A stretch of DNA of 64,000 bases from Hemiscyllium ocellatum (Eukaryota). Below are positions 63,071-64,000 of the stretch, piece after piece. The stretch lies in NCBI RefSeq assembly GCF_020745735.1, contig NC_083403.1, forward strand, positions 125,072,526 to 125,136,525, read 5' to 3'. Every line of letters begins with the position of its first letter. The stretch's first letter is position 1. A program made the translations under genes and the position numbers. The notes beneath the pieces were generated by a model that saw only the letters and a program-made list of their open reading frames with translations, was not told the DNA's origin and did no database searches.

Positions 63071-64000
63071 ATTGCTACTTCGTACATTTCTCTTAAGCCA
63101 AAGACTTCCATTTCATCAGAATGCACCGAGTGCTTATTTAAGGAAATGCCTAGACGTTGTAGAATTGATTCCATTTTTAGCTTTAATTTGCAGATGTACT
63201 TAATGATCCAGGATGCGAGCTGCCAAATCCTTTCTAAAATCGGGCATATATAGTAGATTTCATCCCTGTCTTTCTAAATATTACAGATAATAGCATTGCT
63301 ATTTTTGATATCATCCTGATTTTGTCACATATTTCGTTTTATACAAGTGATCAATTCATGGAAAATAACCAGACTTTAACGCCACTTGCTTCTTGTTTAG
63401 AGAGGTTCCTATATAGCTTGTGCATCATGGTCCATATATGGAGTTGTCAGTATCTATGGGTTATGTTTTGACATGAACAAATGTATTTTCACGAAATGAG
63501 TGAACATTTAGATATATAGTTTGTTATGTAGAATCCTCTTCAGGGAGAGGTAATTAATTTTGAACATTGGATAGACTACAGTTAAATCTTTAGCATGAGC
63601 TTGAATTTTAAAATCTATTCACACTGTTGAAAAGCAAACCTCACTTTAAAAAAATAAAATTCTTCCCTAAATATTCACAAGGGATGGTACTATCTTCGAG
63701 TATCTTATTTTTTATTCTGAAGGTGCAAGTCAGGGCAGGAAGTCTAAAGTGAAATCATGCATTTTTAAATGGATGTAGACAAGGACTCATGGAGGAGAAA
63801 GGTTAAAGTGAGTGCTTGGTTGGCACAAAGAGTCTGTTTCCGTGCTGTATGATTCTATAAGATTTTTAAAGAAAGGGAATTCAATTTAGGAGTTTGTGAC
63901 TAAGGTTGCTGTCAGTTTTGCCACTGGTGTGACTGAAAAAGAGTCTGAAATAAGAAGACAGAATGGGAAGAGATGTCATACTTCATGAGGCAAGTATGAG

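Overview
Eukaryotic genomic DNA. The repeat content (HE1/V-SINE-like SINEs, HER1/CR1 LINEs) points to a cartilaginous fish, probably a shark; this is an inference. Two intact interferon-stimulated genes lie head-to-head. CMPK2 is on the minus strand (5 coding exons, 37681->14022, 432 aa). RSAD2/viperin is on the plus strand (6 coding exons, 44875->55245, 347 aa). Each has its own ISRE cluster, and about 7 kb of mostly retroposon DNA separates them. The rest is largely CR1 LINEs (one near full length), SINEs, Gypsy and Penelope remnants, a probable solo LTR, a 44-45 bp minisatellite and a CpG-rich promoter-like region at the right end (RNF144A expected by synteny, not shown by the sequence). 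The most striking unannotated structure is a set of short mobile elements carrying minimal type I hammerhead ribozymes (CUGANGA-helix II-GAAA-palindromic helix III-UH). They belong to at least three families and mostly have 8-16 bp target-site duplications. They occur as tandem and fold-back copies, alongside Penelope RT/GIY-YIG remnants, which suggests a Penelope-driven retrozyme-like system. One intact copy lies in sense orientation about 146 nt into CMPK2 intron 1.
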